A stretch of 60,341 bases of DNA, from IMG/VR virus record IMGVR_UViG_3300029256_000003; one strand, written 5' to 3'. Of this stretch, positions 1 to 8,728 are shown in pieces (within the stretch, counting starts at the first letter, position 1; the number at the start of each line of letters is the position of its first letter). This stretch comes from a virus. Both the position numbers and the translations under genes were made by a program. Below the pieces are notes generated by a model. That model saw nothing but the letters and a program-made list of their open reading frames with translations. It ran no database searches and was not told where the DNA came from.

Positions 1-596
1 AATCAGCAGCGACGAACACCGGAAACCGATCAGCAGCAACGAACACCGGATACCAATCAGCAGCAACGAACACCGGATACCAATCAGCAGCAACGAACAC
101 CGGAAACCGATCAGCAGCGACGAACACCGGAGACCGATCAGCAGCAACGAACACCGGAGACCGATCAGCAGCGACGAACACCGGAACCCGATCAGCAGCA
201 ACGAACACCGGAGACCGATCAGCAGCGACGAACACCGGATACCAATCAGCAGCAACGAACACCGGAAACTATTCAGCAGCAACGAACACCGGAGACTATT
301 CAGCAGCGACGAACACCGGAAACCGATCAGCAGCAACGAACACCGGAGACCGATCAGCAGCGACGAACACCGGAAACCGATCAGCAGCAACGAACACCGG
401 ATACCGATCAGCAGCAACGAACACCGGATACCAATCAGCAGCGACGAACACCGGAAACCGATCAGCAGCAACGAACACCGGATACCAATCAGCAGCAACG
501 AACACCGGAGACCGATCAGCAGCAACGAACACCGGAAACTATTCAGCAGCGACGAACACCGGAAACCAATCAGCAGCAGAAGTAACCGGAAAAGAA
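1..596 (+). repeat. 27-bp tandem repeat array (about 21 near-identical units plus degenerate units), coding
   Basis: Unit is tcagcagc[a/g]acgaacaccgga+6 variable nt, phased at 3, 30, 57 ... 543. The array continues from 60265..60341. Confidence 0.95.
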
Positions 597-794
597 TCAA
601 TAGCCATAGTAACAGGGAAAGATAGTAAGGCTAAAGGCAGCATTGGTTGTTGGATAGTTCTTACAGAAAGAGGGGAATGGGATGGCAATGTGTATCCGAT
701 TAAAGAAGTTAAAGCTGTAAGGGTTGATGGTGAAATTATAAAACCTGACACTTACTATAAGTTAATCAATGGTGAAGTTATTCCGTGTGAGTAA
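1..794 (+). CDS. Nonapeptide-repeat protein, C-terminal part (gene wraps the circular junction; N-terminus at 59908..60341)
   Basis: Frame 3 is open from the window edge. It translates to about 21 x SAATNTG[NDYT][RQY], then SAAEVTGKESIAIVTGKDSKAKGSIGCWIVLTERGEWDGNVYPIKEVKAVRVDGEIIKPDTYYKLINGEVIPCE, with stop TAA at 792-794. Phase and sequence are identical to the window end. It resembles DUF7666-type phage proteins as I recall them. Confidence 0.8.
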   Translation, partial: SAATNTGNRSAATNTGYQSAATNTGYQSAATNTGNRSAATNTGDRSAATNTGDRSAATNTGTRSAATNTGDRSAATNTGYQSAATNTGNYSAATNTGDYSAATNTGNRSAATNTGDRSAATNTGNRSAATNTGYRSAATNTGYQSAATNTGNRSAATNTGYQSAATNTGDRSAATNTGNYSAATNTGNQSAAEVTGKESIAIVTGKDSKAKGSIGCWIVLTERGEWDGNVYPIKEVKAVRVDGEIIKPDTYYKLINGEVIPCE

Positions 795-860
795 TCTATT
801 CCCGGTTTGTCTTGATCGGCACTCCGGAAGCAATTCAAACCACTTTAAATAATATAAGAT

Positions 861-1751
861 ATGCCAATTATTAAAAAAAATGACGTAACTCCTGAACGTC
901 TAGTGATTATCGTGCTATATGGCACACCGGGAACAGGAAAAACTTCTGTTGCTACAACTGCATATAATCCTCTTTTAATAGATACAGATAGAGGATATGA
1001 TAGAGCTGTACAACGATGTGATACCCTTATCGCCAACAAATGGGAAGACATAACGGCGGAATATGAAACAATGAAGTCTTATAGTACTATCATTTGCGAT
1101 ACTGCTAAAGCGTGCTTGGATGATTATCTGATGAATTTTGCTGTAAAAAACAACTACAAGTTAGCAACCAATACTTTAAAAAGATTTGGGCAAATAGCAG
1201 AAGACTTTAAGTCGTTTGTTAATCAACTTCGTTCTAATGGTTCTGACATTATTTTTATTTGCCATGATAAAGAGGTAGCGGAGGGTGACATTATAAAGCA
1301 TTCACCGGATTGCACAGGACAGAGTAAAGATTTGCTTCTCCGAATTGCTGATCAGGTTGGATATATATCTAAAGTAAACGGTAAGCGCACTATTTCATTT
1401 GAGCCAACTGATACTTTTATTGGGAAAAATGTAGCACAATTAAAGATGATGGAAATACCTGAATCATCTAGTGCTGATTTTTCTACATTTATGGCAAATG
1501 TGATTTCTACAGTAAAGCAGGCAATACAAAATAAATCAGAGGAACAGAAAAAAGCAAATGAGATGCTTTCCTCTTTGAGAGAACAACTTGCAGCTGCTAT
1601 GACAGATGAAGATATAGCTGCCCTTATCGAAGCAATGAAAGAATTACCACAAGTACTTCAGTATCCGTTTTTCTCTGAAATGAAGTCTAACCTTGCATCC
1701 AAGGGGTATAAGTACGAAAACAAGAAATTCGTAAAAGATGCAGCCGCTTAA
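861..1751 (+). CDS. Sak4-like RecA-fold AAA ATPase (recombination module)
   Basis: 296 aa. Walker A is GTPGTGKTS near the N-terminus; a Walker B-like IIFICHD follows. It is followed by a nuclease and an SSB, as in phage Sak4 modules. Confidence 0.75.
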   Translation: MPIIKKNDVTPERLVIIVLYGTPGTGKTSVATTAYNPLLIDTDRGYDRAVQRCDTLIANKWEDITAEYETMKSYSTIICDTAKACLDDYLMNFAVKNNYKLATNTLKRFGQIAEDFKSFVNQLRSNGSDIIFICHDKEVAEGDIIKHSPDCTGQSKDLLLRIADQVGYISKVNGKRTISFEPTDTFIGKNVAQLKMMEIPESSSADFSTFMANVISTVKQAIQNKSEEQKKANEMLSSLREQLAAAMTDEDIAALIEAMKELPQVLQYPFFSEMKSNLASKGYKYENKKFVKDAAA

Positions 1752-2487
1752 GCCTCTTATAAGAGTTACACAACTCGAAGCATACAGAAAGTACATTGAA
1801 CAGAGCGAATATGCCAATTATGAAATTACCGAGCAATCTGTAATAGAAAGCATAACAGGTGTATTTGCCGGAAATGAATACACTCGCATAGGCACCGCTT
1901 TCCACTCCATTGTGGAAACGGGGAAGCCTGTGTGTGATAAAGTTTCTGCCGGTGAACGTACCTTCCTTTACTACGGAAAAGAACAGAAAGAACCAGTTCC
2001 TTGTGGACGCAAATTCAATATTGATGGGTTCGATGTTATTTTGGATGTAAATCAGTGTAAGGTCGCAATGGATTACCGCAACGAACACCCCGATGCTTTT
2101 CATGAAATACGCATTTACAAAGATTTTGGAGATGCTGTCATAACCGGATGCGCTGATATGATAGACGGTATAGAGATACGGGATATAAAGACTAAGTATT
2201 CTTACCCGTCTGATACTGACTATATCAATTCTTGCCAATGGCGGCTTTATCTTGAGATTTTTAAAGCGGATATATTCCATTTCGACCTATTTGTGTTCGA
2301 TGGCTATAAAATAGACAAGCATGGATATGATGTAAGAGGGTTACCGCTTGAAAAATATTCTCCTGCGATAACCTGCTACCGGTATGATGGGATGGAACGA
2401 GATAATAGGAATTTGCTTCGTTCATTTCTTGAATGGGCAGAATACAGGGATTTAATTAAATATTTAATAAAAGAAAAAATAGATTGA
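1738..2487 (+). CDS. PD-(D/E)XK family nuclease (Cas4/RecB-like exonuclease)
   Basis: 249 aa. CADMIDGIEIRDIKT fits the D...(D/E)xK catalytic core. Lies between the ATPase and the SSB. Confidence 0.6.
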   Translation: MQPLKPLIRVTQLEAYRKYIEQSEYANYEITEQSVIESITGVFAGNEYTRIGTAFHSIVETGKPVCDKVSAGERTFLYYGKEQKEPVPCGRKFNIDGFDVILDVNQCKVAMDYRNEHPDAFHEIRIYKDFGDAVITGCADMIDGIEIRDIKTKYSYPSDTDYINSCQWRLYLEIFKADIFHFDLFVFDGYKIDKHGYDVRGLPLEKYSPAITCYRYDGMERDNRNLLRSFLEWAEYRDLIKYLIKEKID

Positions 2488-2489
2488 CT

Positions 2490-2933
2490 ATGGCAAACCA
2501 AATAACCGGACGGATAATCGAAATCGGACAAACCGTTCAAATTCCATCTAAAAGTGGTGGTTCCCCATTTACTAAACGGGAATTTATTTTAGATGCTACC
2601 ACTTACGACTCTTATACGGGAGAGCGTAGCGAGTATGAAAACATTATTCCCTTAGAGTTTTCAGGTGATAAATGTGCAGAACTTGACCGCTATAAAAATG
2701 ATGATGTGGTGACTGTGTCATTCGCATTACAAGGGCGTTCTTGGACGAATCAAGACGGAGAGCTCAAACGTATGGCATCTATCCGGTGCTACAAAATAGA
2801 AGGGCGTGGCGGTGTATCCCAGTCCCCACAAACTGCACCAATACAACAACCACAGCCGACTTATCATCAACCGCAGGATTTTCCGCCTCCGGTTGATGCA
2901 AATGGTAATGCAAAGGACGACTTACCTTTTTAG
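2490..2933 (+). CDS. ssb: Single-stranded DNA-binding protein, DUF3127 type
   Basis: N-terminal OB-like segment (ITGRIIEIGQTVQIPSKSGG..FTKREFILD), a Q/P-rich linker, and an acidic SSB-type tail DDLPF. ATG at 2490 is preferred over TTG at 2484. Confidence 0.7.
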   Translation: MANQITGRIIEIGQTVQIPSKSGGSPFTKREFILDATTYDSYTGERSEYENIIPLEFSGDKCAELDRYKNDDVVTVSFALQGRSWTNQDGELKRMASIRCYKIEGRGGVSQSPQTAPIQQPQPTYHQPQDFPPPVDANGNAKDDLPF

Positions 2934-2936
2934 CGT

Positions 2937-3374
2937 ATGATTTTCGATTTGAAGAATGAATATCAAATACCCAAGTTCAAGGAGTATGTAAACAAGCTGT
3001 TTAGTGAACGTGCGGTGGTGGAAGTGAAAAAGAAACTACCTAACCGCACGCTTGCCCAAAACAGCTACTTGCATCTTCTTTTAGGGTATTTCGGTAGTGA
3101 GTACGGTTGTAGCCTTGACGAAGCAAAAATTGACTTCTATAAGAGAACTTGCAACCGTGATTTGTTTGAACGCAAAACGATCAACAAGAAAGGTGAAGAA
3201 GTAACTTATTTACGCAGTTCGGCAGAACTGACAACAGGGGAAATGACTTTATCTATTGAGCGTTTTCGTAATTGGAGCACGGCACAGGCAGATATTTATC
3301 TACCGGCTGCTAATGAACATCAAATGTTGGTATATGCCCAGCAAGAAATTGAACGTAACAAAGAATTTATTTAA
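2937..3374 (+). CDS. Hypothetical protein; possible NinB/Orf-like recombination mediator
   Basis: 145 aa. RTLAQNSYLH resembles the RSLDQN motif of lambda NinB. The similarity is weak and recalled from memory only. Confidence 0.35.
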   Translation: MIFDLKNEYQIPKFKEYVNKLFSERAVVEVKKKLPNRTLAQNSYLHLLLGYFGSEYGCSLDEAKIDFYKRTCNRDLFERKTINKKGEEVTYLRSSAELTTGEMTLSIERFRNWSTAQADIYLPAANEHQMLVYAQQEIERNKEFI

Positions 3375-3386
3375 TCATTTTATTTT

Positions 3387-3818
3387 ATGGACAAATTTTT
3401 AGGTCAAGAAATCCCCGAAAAGGATAGATGGCAGTTCTTACAGGACAATGCCGATGCAGTGGAAGAGATTGGCTATACTCATCGCTTTACACCGGATGAG
3501 TTGGCTCAAAAGAAAGAATCTCTTGCTGAAACCTCAATTCAAATTAATGATATTGAGATAGAGAAAAAAGAAGCAATGGAAGCATTTAAGGCAGAGCTAA
3601 AGCCTTTGAATGAAAGGAAACAGGAACTTCTTGAAAATATAAAGAAAGGCTCTGAATATGTTGAAAATGAAGAGTGTGTGAAAATTCTCTATCATGAAGA
3701 AAAGATGGCTGGGTATTACAACAAACTTGGTGAGCTGGTTTATTCCCGTCCTATAATGCCGCAGGAAATGCAAAGAACTATTTTTAATATTAATCGTAAA
3801 ACAGGAACAGAATCATGA
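3387..3818 (+). CDS. Hypothetical protein (coiled-coil rich)
   Basis: 143 aa ORF in a co-directional gene train. No domain recognised. Confidence 0.6.
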   Translation: MDKFLGQEIPEKDRWQFLQDNADAVEEIGYTHRFTPDELAQKKESLAETSIQINDIEIEKKEAMEAFKAELKPLNERKQELLENIKKGSEYVENEECVKILYHEEKMAGYYNKLGELVYSRPIMPQEMQRTIFNINRKTGTES

Positions 3819-4552
3819 GCGAGAACAAATTAAACGTAATTGTACCGAAAGATTATAACGGTGCACCAATTGAAGTAGTATTGAGAGAGGGAGAAGCCCC
3901 CGTAGCACTTGACCCGAAAGAGCCGGAAAGAGTAGTTATCAATGGAACGATAGATGCACCTTTCAGATGGTTGGAAAAGCGTGTCGAACTGATTAATCAA
4001 AAATCGACCAATCTCATTGTGAACCGTGATAAGATGGGGTTAGCATTAACTATTGATGAAACCAACTACTATCAGACTGAAATCAACGGTATTTTACAGG
4101 CTTCCAAGGAAATGATGGAGTTTGGCATTAACACGGATAAGAAATGGGAACCTATTAAGCTGTCTAAGTTCATCAAAATGCACCGTGCTTTCTTTACCGA
4201 TAAATCGCAAAATATGATGCTTGTTTCTACTTTAAAGAACTTCAAGGCAAAAGTAAACCAAGACATCGAACGCAGTAAGGAGGAAAATGGCAGCAAAGTT
4301 GACAACTACTCGCAGGTGGTTGATTCTAATTTGCCGAAATCGTTCAAACTGAATATCCCTCTTTTCAAAGGCTTTGACAATGAAGAGATAGAAGTCGAGA
4401 TTTACGCTGATGTAGACGGTCGAGATGTTTCTCTTTCTCTTGTGTCGGCTGGCGCAAATGAAGCCATTGAGGAATACAAGAATAAAGTCATTGATGTACA
4501 GTTGGATGCCATCAGACAGATTGCACCGGACATCGTAATCATCGAAGTATAA
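3815..4552 (+). CDS. Hypothetical protein
   Basis: 245 aa. The start overlaps the upstream stop (ATGA coupling). No domain recognised. Confidence 0.65.
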   Translation: MSENKLNVIVPKDYNGAPIEVVLREGEAPVALDPKEPERVVINGTIDAPFRWLEKRVELINQKSTNLIVNRDKMGLALTIDETNYYQTEINGILQASKEMMEFGINTDKKWEPIKLSKFIKMHRAFFTDKSQNMMLVSTLKNFKAKVNQDIERSKEENGSKVDNYSQVVDSNLPKSFKLNIPLFKGFDNEEIEVEIYADVDGRDVSLSLVSAGANEAIEEYKNKVIDVQLDAIRQIAPDIVIIEV

Positions 4553-4561
4553 CTTTGTTAA

Positions 4562-4593
4562 CCTGCCTGTCCGGTCTGTGAAGATGGGGCGGG
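4562..4593 (+). promoter_or_regulatory. Conserved-loop hairpin, copy a (stem CCTGCC/GGCGGG, loop contains GGTCTGTGAAGATGG)
   Basis: Stem 4562-4567 pairs with 4588-4593. The loop core 4573-4587 recurs at 58276-58290 and, reverse-complemented, at 47658-47672, each time within a different complementary stem. Confidence 0.55.
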
Positions 4594-4600
4594 CGAAAAT

Positions 4601-4810
4601 GGTGGTATGGCGGAACAACGAGAGACGCTAAAGTGAAGCTCTTATAGATAGGTTGGTAAGTCAATGTGTTACGGTTAGCCGTAAAAAGAAATTCAAACCA
4701 CTGAGTTAATAACGGGTAATGCCGAATAGACCGCAATGTCAATGAATAAACTACTTGGTGAAAGTCCAAGAAAAACTCCTATCATGCAGGTGCAAGTCCT
4801 GCTACCACCT
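4601..4810 (+). ncRNA. Giant tRNA-like element (about 210 nt)
   Basis: - Acceptor: GGTGGTA (4601-4607) pairs perfectly with TACCACC (4803-4809).
- D-arm: Leu-type TGGCGGAACAACGAGAGACGC.
- T-arm: perfect GCAGG-TGCAAGT-CCTGC (4786-4802), immediately 5' of the acceptor strand.
- About 155 nt intervene, including a second T-arm-like hairpin CTTGG-TGAAAGT-CCAAG (4756-4770).
- No canonical anticodon arm found. Confidence 0.4.
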
Positions 4811-4860
4811 CATAAATGTGAGCCACACATAAATGGCAAGGGTTAGTAAATAATGGTTGT

Positions 4861-4888
4861 GCCCCGGAGAATACGCTTCGGGGCTTTT
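4861..4888 (+). terminator. Rho-independent terminator
   Basis: GCCCCGGAG-aatacg-CTTCGGGGC followed by TTTT, at the end of a 348-nt ORF-free region. Confidence 0.7.
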
Positions 4889-4900
4889 AATTAGGTAAAT

Positions 4901-5194
4901 ATGAAGAGAGTAAGTAGTAAACAAGCAAAACTAAATAGAGAAATGGATAAGATAAAGAGAAACCTATCTCCTCATTGTTGTTTGTGCGGTCGTCCGGCTG
5001 TTGACCCGGCACATTTGTTGCCTCGTTCTCTTTATCCTGAATACTATATTGAAGAATGGAATGTAGTTCCAATGTGTAGAAATCATCACGACCTATATGA
5101 TGGAAGCCGAGAGTTTCGCAGAAGGTGTACTGAATTAGTAAATATAGTCCGCTTACATGATGAACAGGCGGCTAATAGATATTTTGGCTTATGA
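4901..5194 (+). CDS. HNH endonuclease-like protein
   Basis: 97 aa. CCLCGRPAVDPAHLLPR...VVPMCRNHHDLYD shows CxxC...H...N...H spacing typical of HNH/NinG-like nucleases. Confidence 0.65.
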   Translation: MKRVSSKQAKLNREMDKIKRNLSPHCCLCGRPAVDPAHLLPRSLYPEYYIEEWNVVPMCRNHHDLYDGSREFRRRCTELVNIVRLHDEQAANRYFGL

Positions 5195-5556
5195 AACAAA
5201 TTATTCACGGGAAAGTCCCAAGTAAATCCAATTGTTATAAAGTTATAACTCTAAGTGGGCATGGCAGCCTTGCCAAACAACCGGCATTAAAGGAATATGA
5301 AAAGTCTTTCTATCTGCAATGCAACCAGTATAGAGGACAGATGATAAGCGGTCTGTTTGAACTTCATTTGAACGTGTTTTACGAGAATCAACGTCCGGAC
5401 CTTGACAACTGTTTTAAAACGGTCCTCGACTGTTTGCAAGGATGCAAAGCTATCAAGAACGACCGTAACTGCGTAAAGATAGTAGCAGAGAAGTTCATAG
5501 ATAAAGTGAATCCAAGAATTGAATTTGAAATTATACCGATATGCAATTCAAATTAA
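5191..5556 (+). CDS. rusA: RusA-family Holliday junction resolvase
   Basis: 121 aa. GKVPSKSNCYK...RPDLDNCFKTVLDCLQG...IKNDRNCV matches the RusA signature (DxDN...K...D.L...DD). Confidence 0.8.
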   Translation: MKQIIHGKVPSKSNCYKVITLSGHGSLAKQPALKEYEKSFYLQCNQYRGQMISGLFELHLNVFYENQRPDLDNCFKTVLDCLQGCKAIKNDRNCVKIVAEKFIDKVNPRIEFEIIPICNSN

Positions 5557-6713
5557 GAGATTACCAGCAGAAAGCCTCTGATGCTGCCGTTTCTTTCTTC
5601 AGCAATAAGGCGAAGAAAACAAATGCTATCATGGTCTTGCCCACAGGAAGCGGCAAATCGCTTATCATAGCGGATATAGCCGCAAGGCTTGACGGTCATA
5701 CCTTGGTGTTCCAGCCCTCGAAGGAAATACTCGAACAGAATTTCAAGAAACTCTGTTCATACGGTATTCTTGATTGCAGTATCTATTCAGCTTCTTTCAA
5801 CTCAAAAGAAATAAGCCGGATAACATTCGCCACCATCGGCAGTGTGAAGAATCATCCTGAACTGTTCACCCACTTCAAGAACATCATCGTGGACGAATGC
5901 CACCTTGTTAACCCCAAAGAGGGAATGTATAAGGATTTCTTTGATGCGGTAAAGTGCAAGGTTCTTGGCTTGACTGCAACACCATACCGTTTAAGCTCTA
6001 GCCGTGATTTCGGCTCTATGCTGAAATTCATCACCCGGACAAAGCCTCATGTTTTTTCAGAGGTCATTTACCATGTACAGGTATCAACCCTATTAGATTT
6101 GGGGTATTTGGCAAAACTAAATTATTATCCTATGAATCCTATTGGATGGAACGAACTCAATTTGAAGGTAAATACCACTGGTGCCGACTATACAGATAGG
6201 TCAGTTCAAAGAGAATATGAACGGATAGACTTCTACGGTTATCTCGTTCATATCGTCCAAAGGCTGATGAATCCCAAAGCCGGAGGAAAGCGGAAAGGTA
6301 TTTTAGTGTTTACCCGGTTCTTGAAAGAAGCCGAACGGTTAACCTGGTCTATACCCGGTTGCGCTATCGTTTCAGGTGATACTCCTAAGAAAGAACGTGA
6401 ACATATTCTTGAGGCGTTCAAAGCTGGTGAGATTTCGGTAGTAGCCAATGTGGGTGTACTTACGACTGGCTTTGACTATCCGGAACTTGACACCGTTGTT
6501 ATGGCACGTCCTACGATGTCACTTGCCATGTGGTATCAGATAGTCGGTCGGGCTATCCGCCCCCACCCTTCCAAAAAATACGGCTGGATTGTGGATTTAT
6601 GCGGTAATATCAAACGTTTTGGCGAGGTCTCTGATTTACGATTATTTGATAGCGGTAATGGAAAATGGGCTGTATTCTCTAAAGGAAGACAATTAACAAA
6701 CGTGAGATTCTAA
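5541..6713 (+). CDS. SF2 DEAD/DEAH-box DNA helicase
   Basis: Motif I LPTGSGKS, motif II DECH, motif III TATP, motif VI-like QIVGRAIR. Confidence 0.85.
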   Translation: MQFKLRDYQQKASDAAVSFFSNKAKKTNAIMVLPTGSGKSLIIADIAARLDGHTLVFQPSKEILEQNFKKLCSYGILDCSIYSASFNSKEISRITFATIGSVKNHPELFTHFKNIIVDECHLVNPKEGMYKDFFDAVKCKVLGLTATPYRLSSSRDFGSMLKFITRTKPHVFSEVIYHVQVSTLLDLGYLAKLNYYPMNPIGWNELNLKVNTTGADYTDRSVQREYERIDFYGYLVHIVQRLMNPKAGGKRKGILVFTRFLKEAERLTWSIPGCAIVSGDTPKKEREHILEAFKAGEISVVANVGVLTTGFDYPELDTVVMARPTMSLAMWYQIVGRAIRPHPSKKYGWIVDLCGNIKRFGEVSDLRLFDSGNGKWAVFSKGRQLTNVRF

Positions 6714-6715
6714 CT

Positions 6716-7564
6716 ATGGACGAAGGATTTTTGAGGCTAAGCCGCAGGTTTTTCTCGAATGAAATGTGGAAGGTAGCCCGTGAGTTTTCGGAGTGCGAAG
6801 CGTGGCTTGACTTGATTCAGTCAGCACGATTTGAGGCAACCGACAAGGCGTACAGCGAACTCATCGGAGGTCGGGAAATCTCTTATTCAAGAGGTCAATA
6901 TCCAGCATCTATATCTTTTTTGATGAAGCGTTGGCAATGGTCTGAAAAGAAAGTGCGCTATTTTCTTGCCAAACTGAAAAAGAGAGGCATGATAACGACT
7001 TGTAACAAACAAGGCATGACTGTGATAACTTTATGCAAGTATGATGAATACAACCCCTACAAGGGCATACCAAAGGGCATAGACAAGGACATAGATAACA
7101 ATAAAGAAATCAGAGAGTTAAATAATGCTTTGGGCGAGTTAAGGGCGGAGTTAAGGGCAGTTGTTGAAAAAATGGGGCAAGCTAAGGGCGATAATAAGAA
7201 GAAAGATGAAGAAGATAATACTAAAGAATCTCCTTACGGAGATAAGAAAAACGCGGCTAAAGCCGCTACTCTCTCTCGAAAAGAATCTTTTTATCAATCT
7301 CTTGTACCTTTTGTCGGTAAGTATCAAAAGGAAATGATTCGCTCCTTCTTTGATTATTGGTCTGAACTGAACAAATCAGAAACTAAAATGCGCTATGAAC
7401 TTGAAAAGACCTGGGAACTTCCTAAAAGGTTAGCAACATGGGCAAATCGGGAAAAAATACCGGCCAAGCCAACTACTGATATTGGTGTGGTTCTCAAAGA
7501 TAACTCTCCTGACAAATACGATTCGCCACAGGAAAGAAAATGGGAGGAAAGATGGAACAAATAG
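6716..7564 (+). CDS. Putative replication initiation/primosome organiser (winged-helix, DnaD/O-like), tentative
   Basis: 282 aa. Sits between the helicase and the DnaC-like loader. The N-terminal FLRLSRRFFSNEMW...WLDLIQ segment resembles phage replisome-organiser N-termini. Confidence 0.45.
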   Translation: MDEGFLRLSRRFFSNEMWKVAREFSECEAWLDLIQSARFEATDKAYSELIGGREISYSRGQYPASISFLMKRWQWSEKKVRYFLAKLKKRGMITTCNKQGMTVITLCKYDEYNPYKGIPKGIDKDIDNNKEIRELNNALGELRAELRAVVEKMGQAKGDNKKKDEEDNTKESPYGDKKNAAKAATLSRKESFYQSLVPFVGKYQKEMIRSFFDYWSELNKSETKMRYELEKTWELPKRLATWANREKIPAKPTTDIGVVLKDNSPDKYDSPQERKWEERWNK

Positions 7565-8133
7565 ACTTTAAAAAAACAATCGACAATCTTAGGAAGACTG
7601 GATTTAACCCTGTTCCCAATCTTGTGAACATAGCGATACCAGATGCAAAGAATATCCTTTGGCAAGGGTTGAACTATTTCACGGGAAATGCCGAATGGCT
7701 ACCGGAATACGATGAAATAGCCACATGGCTTTCTGGGAATAACGGGCGTGGACTTTTATGCCATGGCAATTGTGGACGAGGGAAATCACTTATATGCTGG
7801 AAGATTATCCCTTTGCTTCTCAATCACTATTGCCGGAAGATTGTAGCATGTTATGATGCACAACAGATGAATGCTGATATAGACGCTGTGAAGGCAAAGC
7901 ATATCATCTATATTGATGATGTCGGCACAGAGAATCTTAGCGTGAAATTCGGAGAAAAAAGACTTGCCTTCTGTGAAATTGTTGATGAAGCGGAAAAGCG
8001 AGGAAAGCTCTTGATATTGACCACTAATCTATCACTTGATGAAATATCCCAAAAGTACGGGGAACGGACAATGGATAGATTGGTGGCGATTACTACACGG
8101 GTAAAATTCAAAGGAGACAGTCTGAGAAAATGA
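7540..8133 (+). CDS. DnaC/IstB-like AAA+ helicase loader
   Basis: Walker A is GNCGRGKS and Walker B is IIYIDDVG. The alternative ATG at 7552 may be the true start. Confidence 0.7.
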   Translation: MGGKMEQIDFKKTIDNLRKTGFNPVPNLVNIAIPDAKNILWQGLNYFTGNAEWLPEYDEIATWLSGNNGRGLLCHGNCGRGKSLICWKIIPLLLNHYCRKIVACYDAQQMNADIDAVKAKHIIYIDDVGTENLSVKFGEKRLAFCEIVDEAEKRGKLLILTTNLSLDEISQKYGERTMDRLVAITTRVKFKGDSLRK

Positions 8134-8143
8134 ATGTTACAAT

Positions 8144-8314
8144 ATGCTGGGTTATACCAAAGATCGGGAAGCCATAGAAAAAATACGAAAGAAGTTCGGC
8201 ATATCATCTTATATGAGTGTCAACAGAGAAACTCCTTGCGATATCAAGGAAGAAGATATGGAACTCCTTAGAGAGACTGAAAAACGAGGATTCATTCAAA
8301 TAAGAAACAAGTAA
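8144..8314 (+). CDS. Small hypothetical protein (56 aa)
   Basis: My translation of an ATG..TAA ORF that fills the gap between genes: MLGYTKDREAIEKIRKKFGISSYMSVNRETPCDIKEEDMELLRETEKRGFIQIRNK. It is below the size cutoff of the ORF track. Confidence 0.35.
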   Translation: MLGYTKDREAIEKIRKKFGISSYMSVNRETPCDIKEEDMELLRETEKRGFIQIRNK

Positions 8315-8318
8315 AACC

Positions 8319-8708
8319 ATGTTAGTAGGAACAACAAATCTTAATACTACCCTCAACTTAACCTATGTGTTGACAGATGTCGTAGAAACCCTTCTCTATG
8401 ATTTGAGAAGTGAAATGGGGAAGCAAGGCCATGAGTTGCGCCACGATGCGAAACGCAATTTCAACACAGCTATAGCTTCTATTCGTAAATTGAAACAGGA
8501 CGTTGACAAAACCCAGTTCTCCACACAGGAGAACTTTGGAAACGACTCCGATTGCCTTCTTGCGTTTATCAGATTGTTGGTAGACCGGTGCGGAGACGAT
8601 GATAAGAAGATGTTCGAGTTTTATAATTACATCAAGCGGTTCCCTTCACAGCTTGGGTTGGAGCTGGCTGATGAGAAGAGTGTGTTTGCGCATATATTTG
8701 ATAATTGA
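8319..8708 (+). CDS. Hypothetical protein
   Basis: 129 aa ORF in the gene train. Confidence 0.6.
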   Translation: MLVGTTNLNTTLNLTYVLTDVVETLLYDLRSEMGKQGHELRHDAKRNFNTAIASIRKLKQDVDKTQFSTQENFGNDSDCLLAFIRLLVDRCGDDDKKMFEFYNYIKRFPSQLGLELADEKSVFAHIFDN

Positions 8709-8728
8709 TATTCATAACTAAGATAAAG

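Noticed and set aside
1-596. Possible CRISPR array, because of the regular short repeats.
   Set aside because: The units are directly adjacent 27-bp tandem repeats with no spacers. They are in phase with a protein-coding frame, and no cas genes are present.
296-751. Minus-strand ORFs 296..532 and 539..751 (FVAADRxPV repeats), and also 60066..60323 on the minus strand.
   Set aside because: They are the antisense reading of the 27-bp coding repeat. The plus-strand frame is continuous with a well-formed N-terminal domain (59908..) and C-terminal domain (to 794), which the minus-strand frames lack.
4756-4802. Cobalamin-riboswitch-like GGTGAAAGTCC string.
   Set aside because: The string is the loop and stem of a T-arm-like hairpin (CTTGG-TGAAAGT-CCAAG). 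The rest of the B12 consensus, including the B12 box, is not present.
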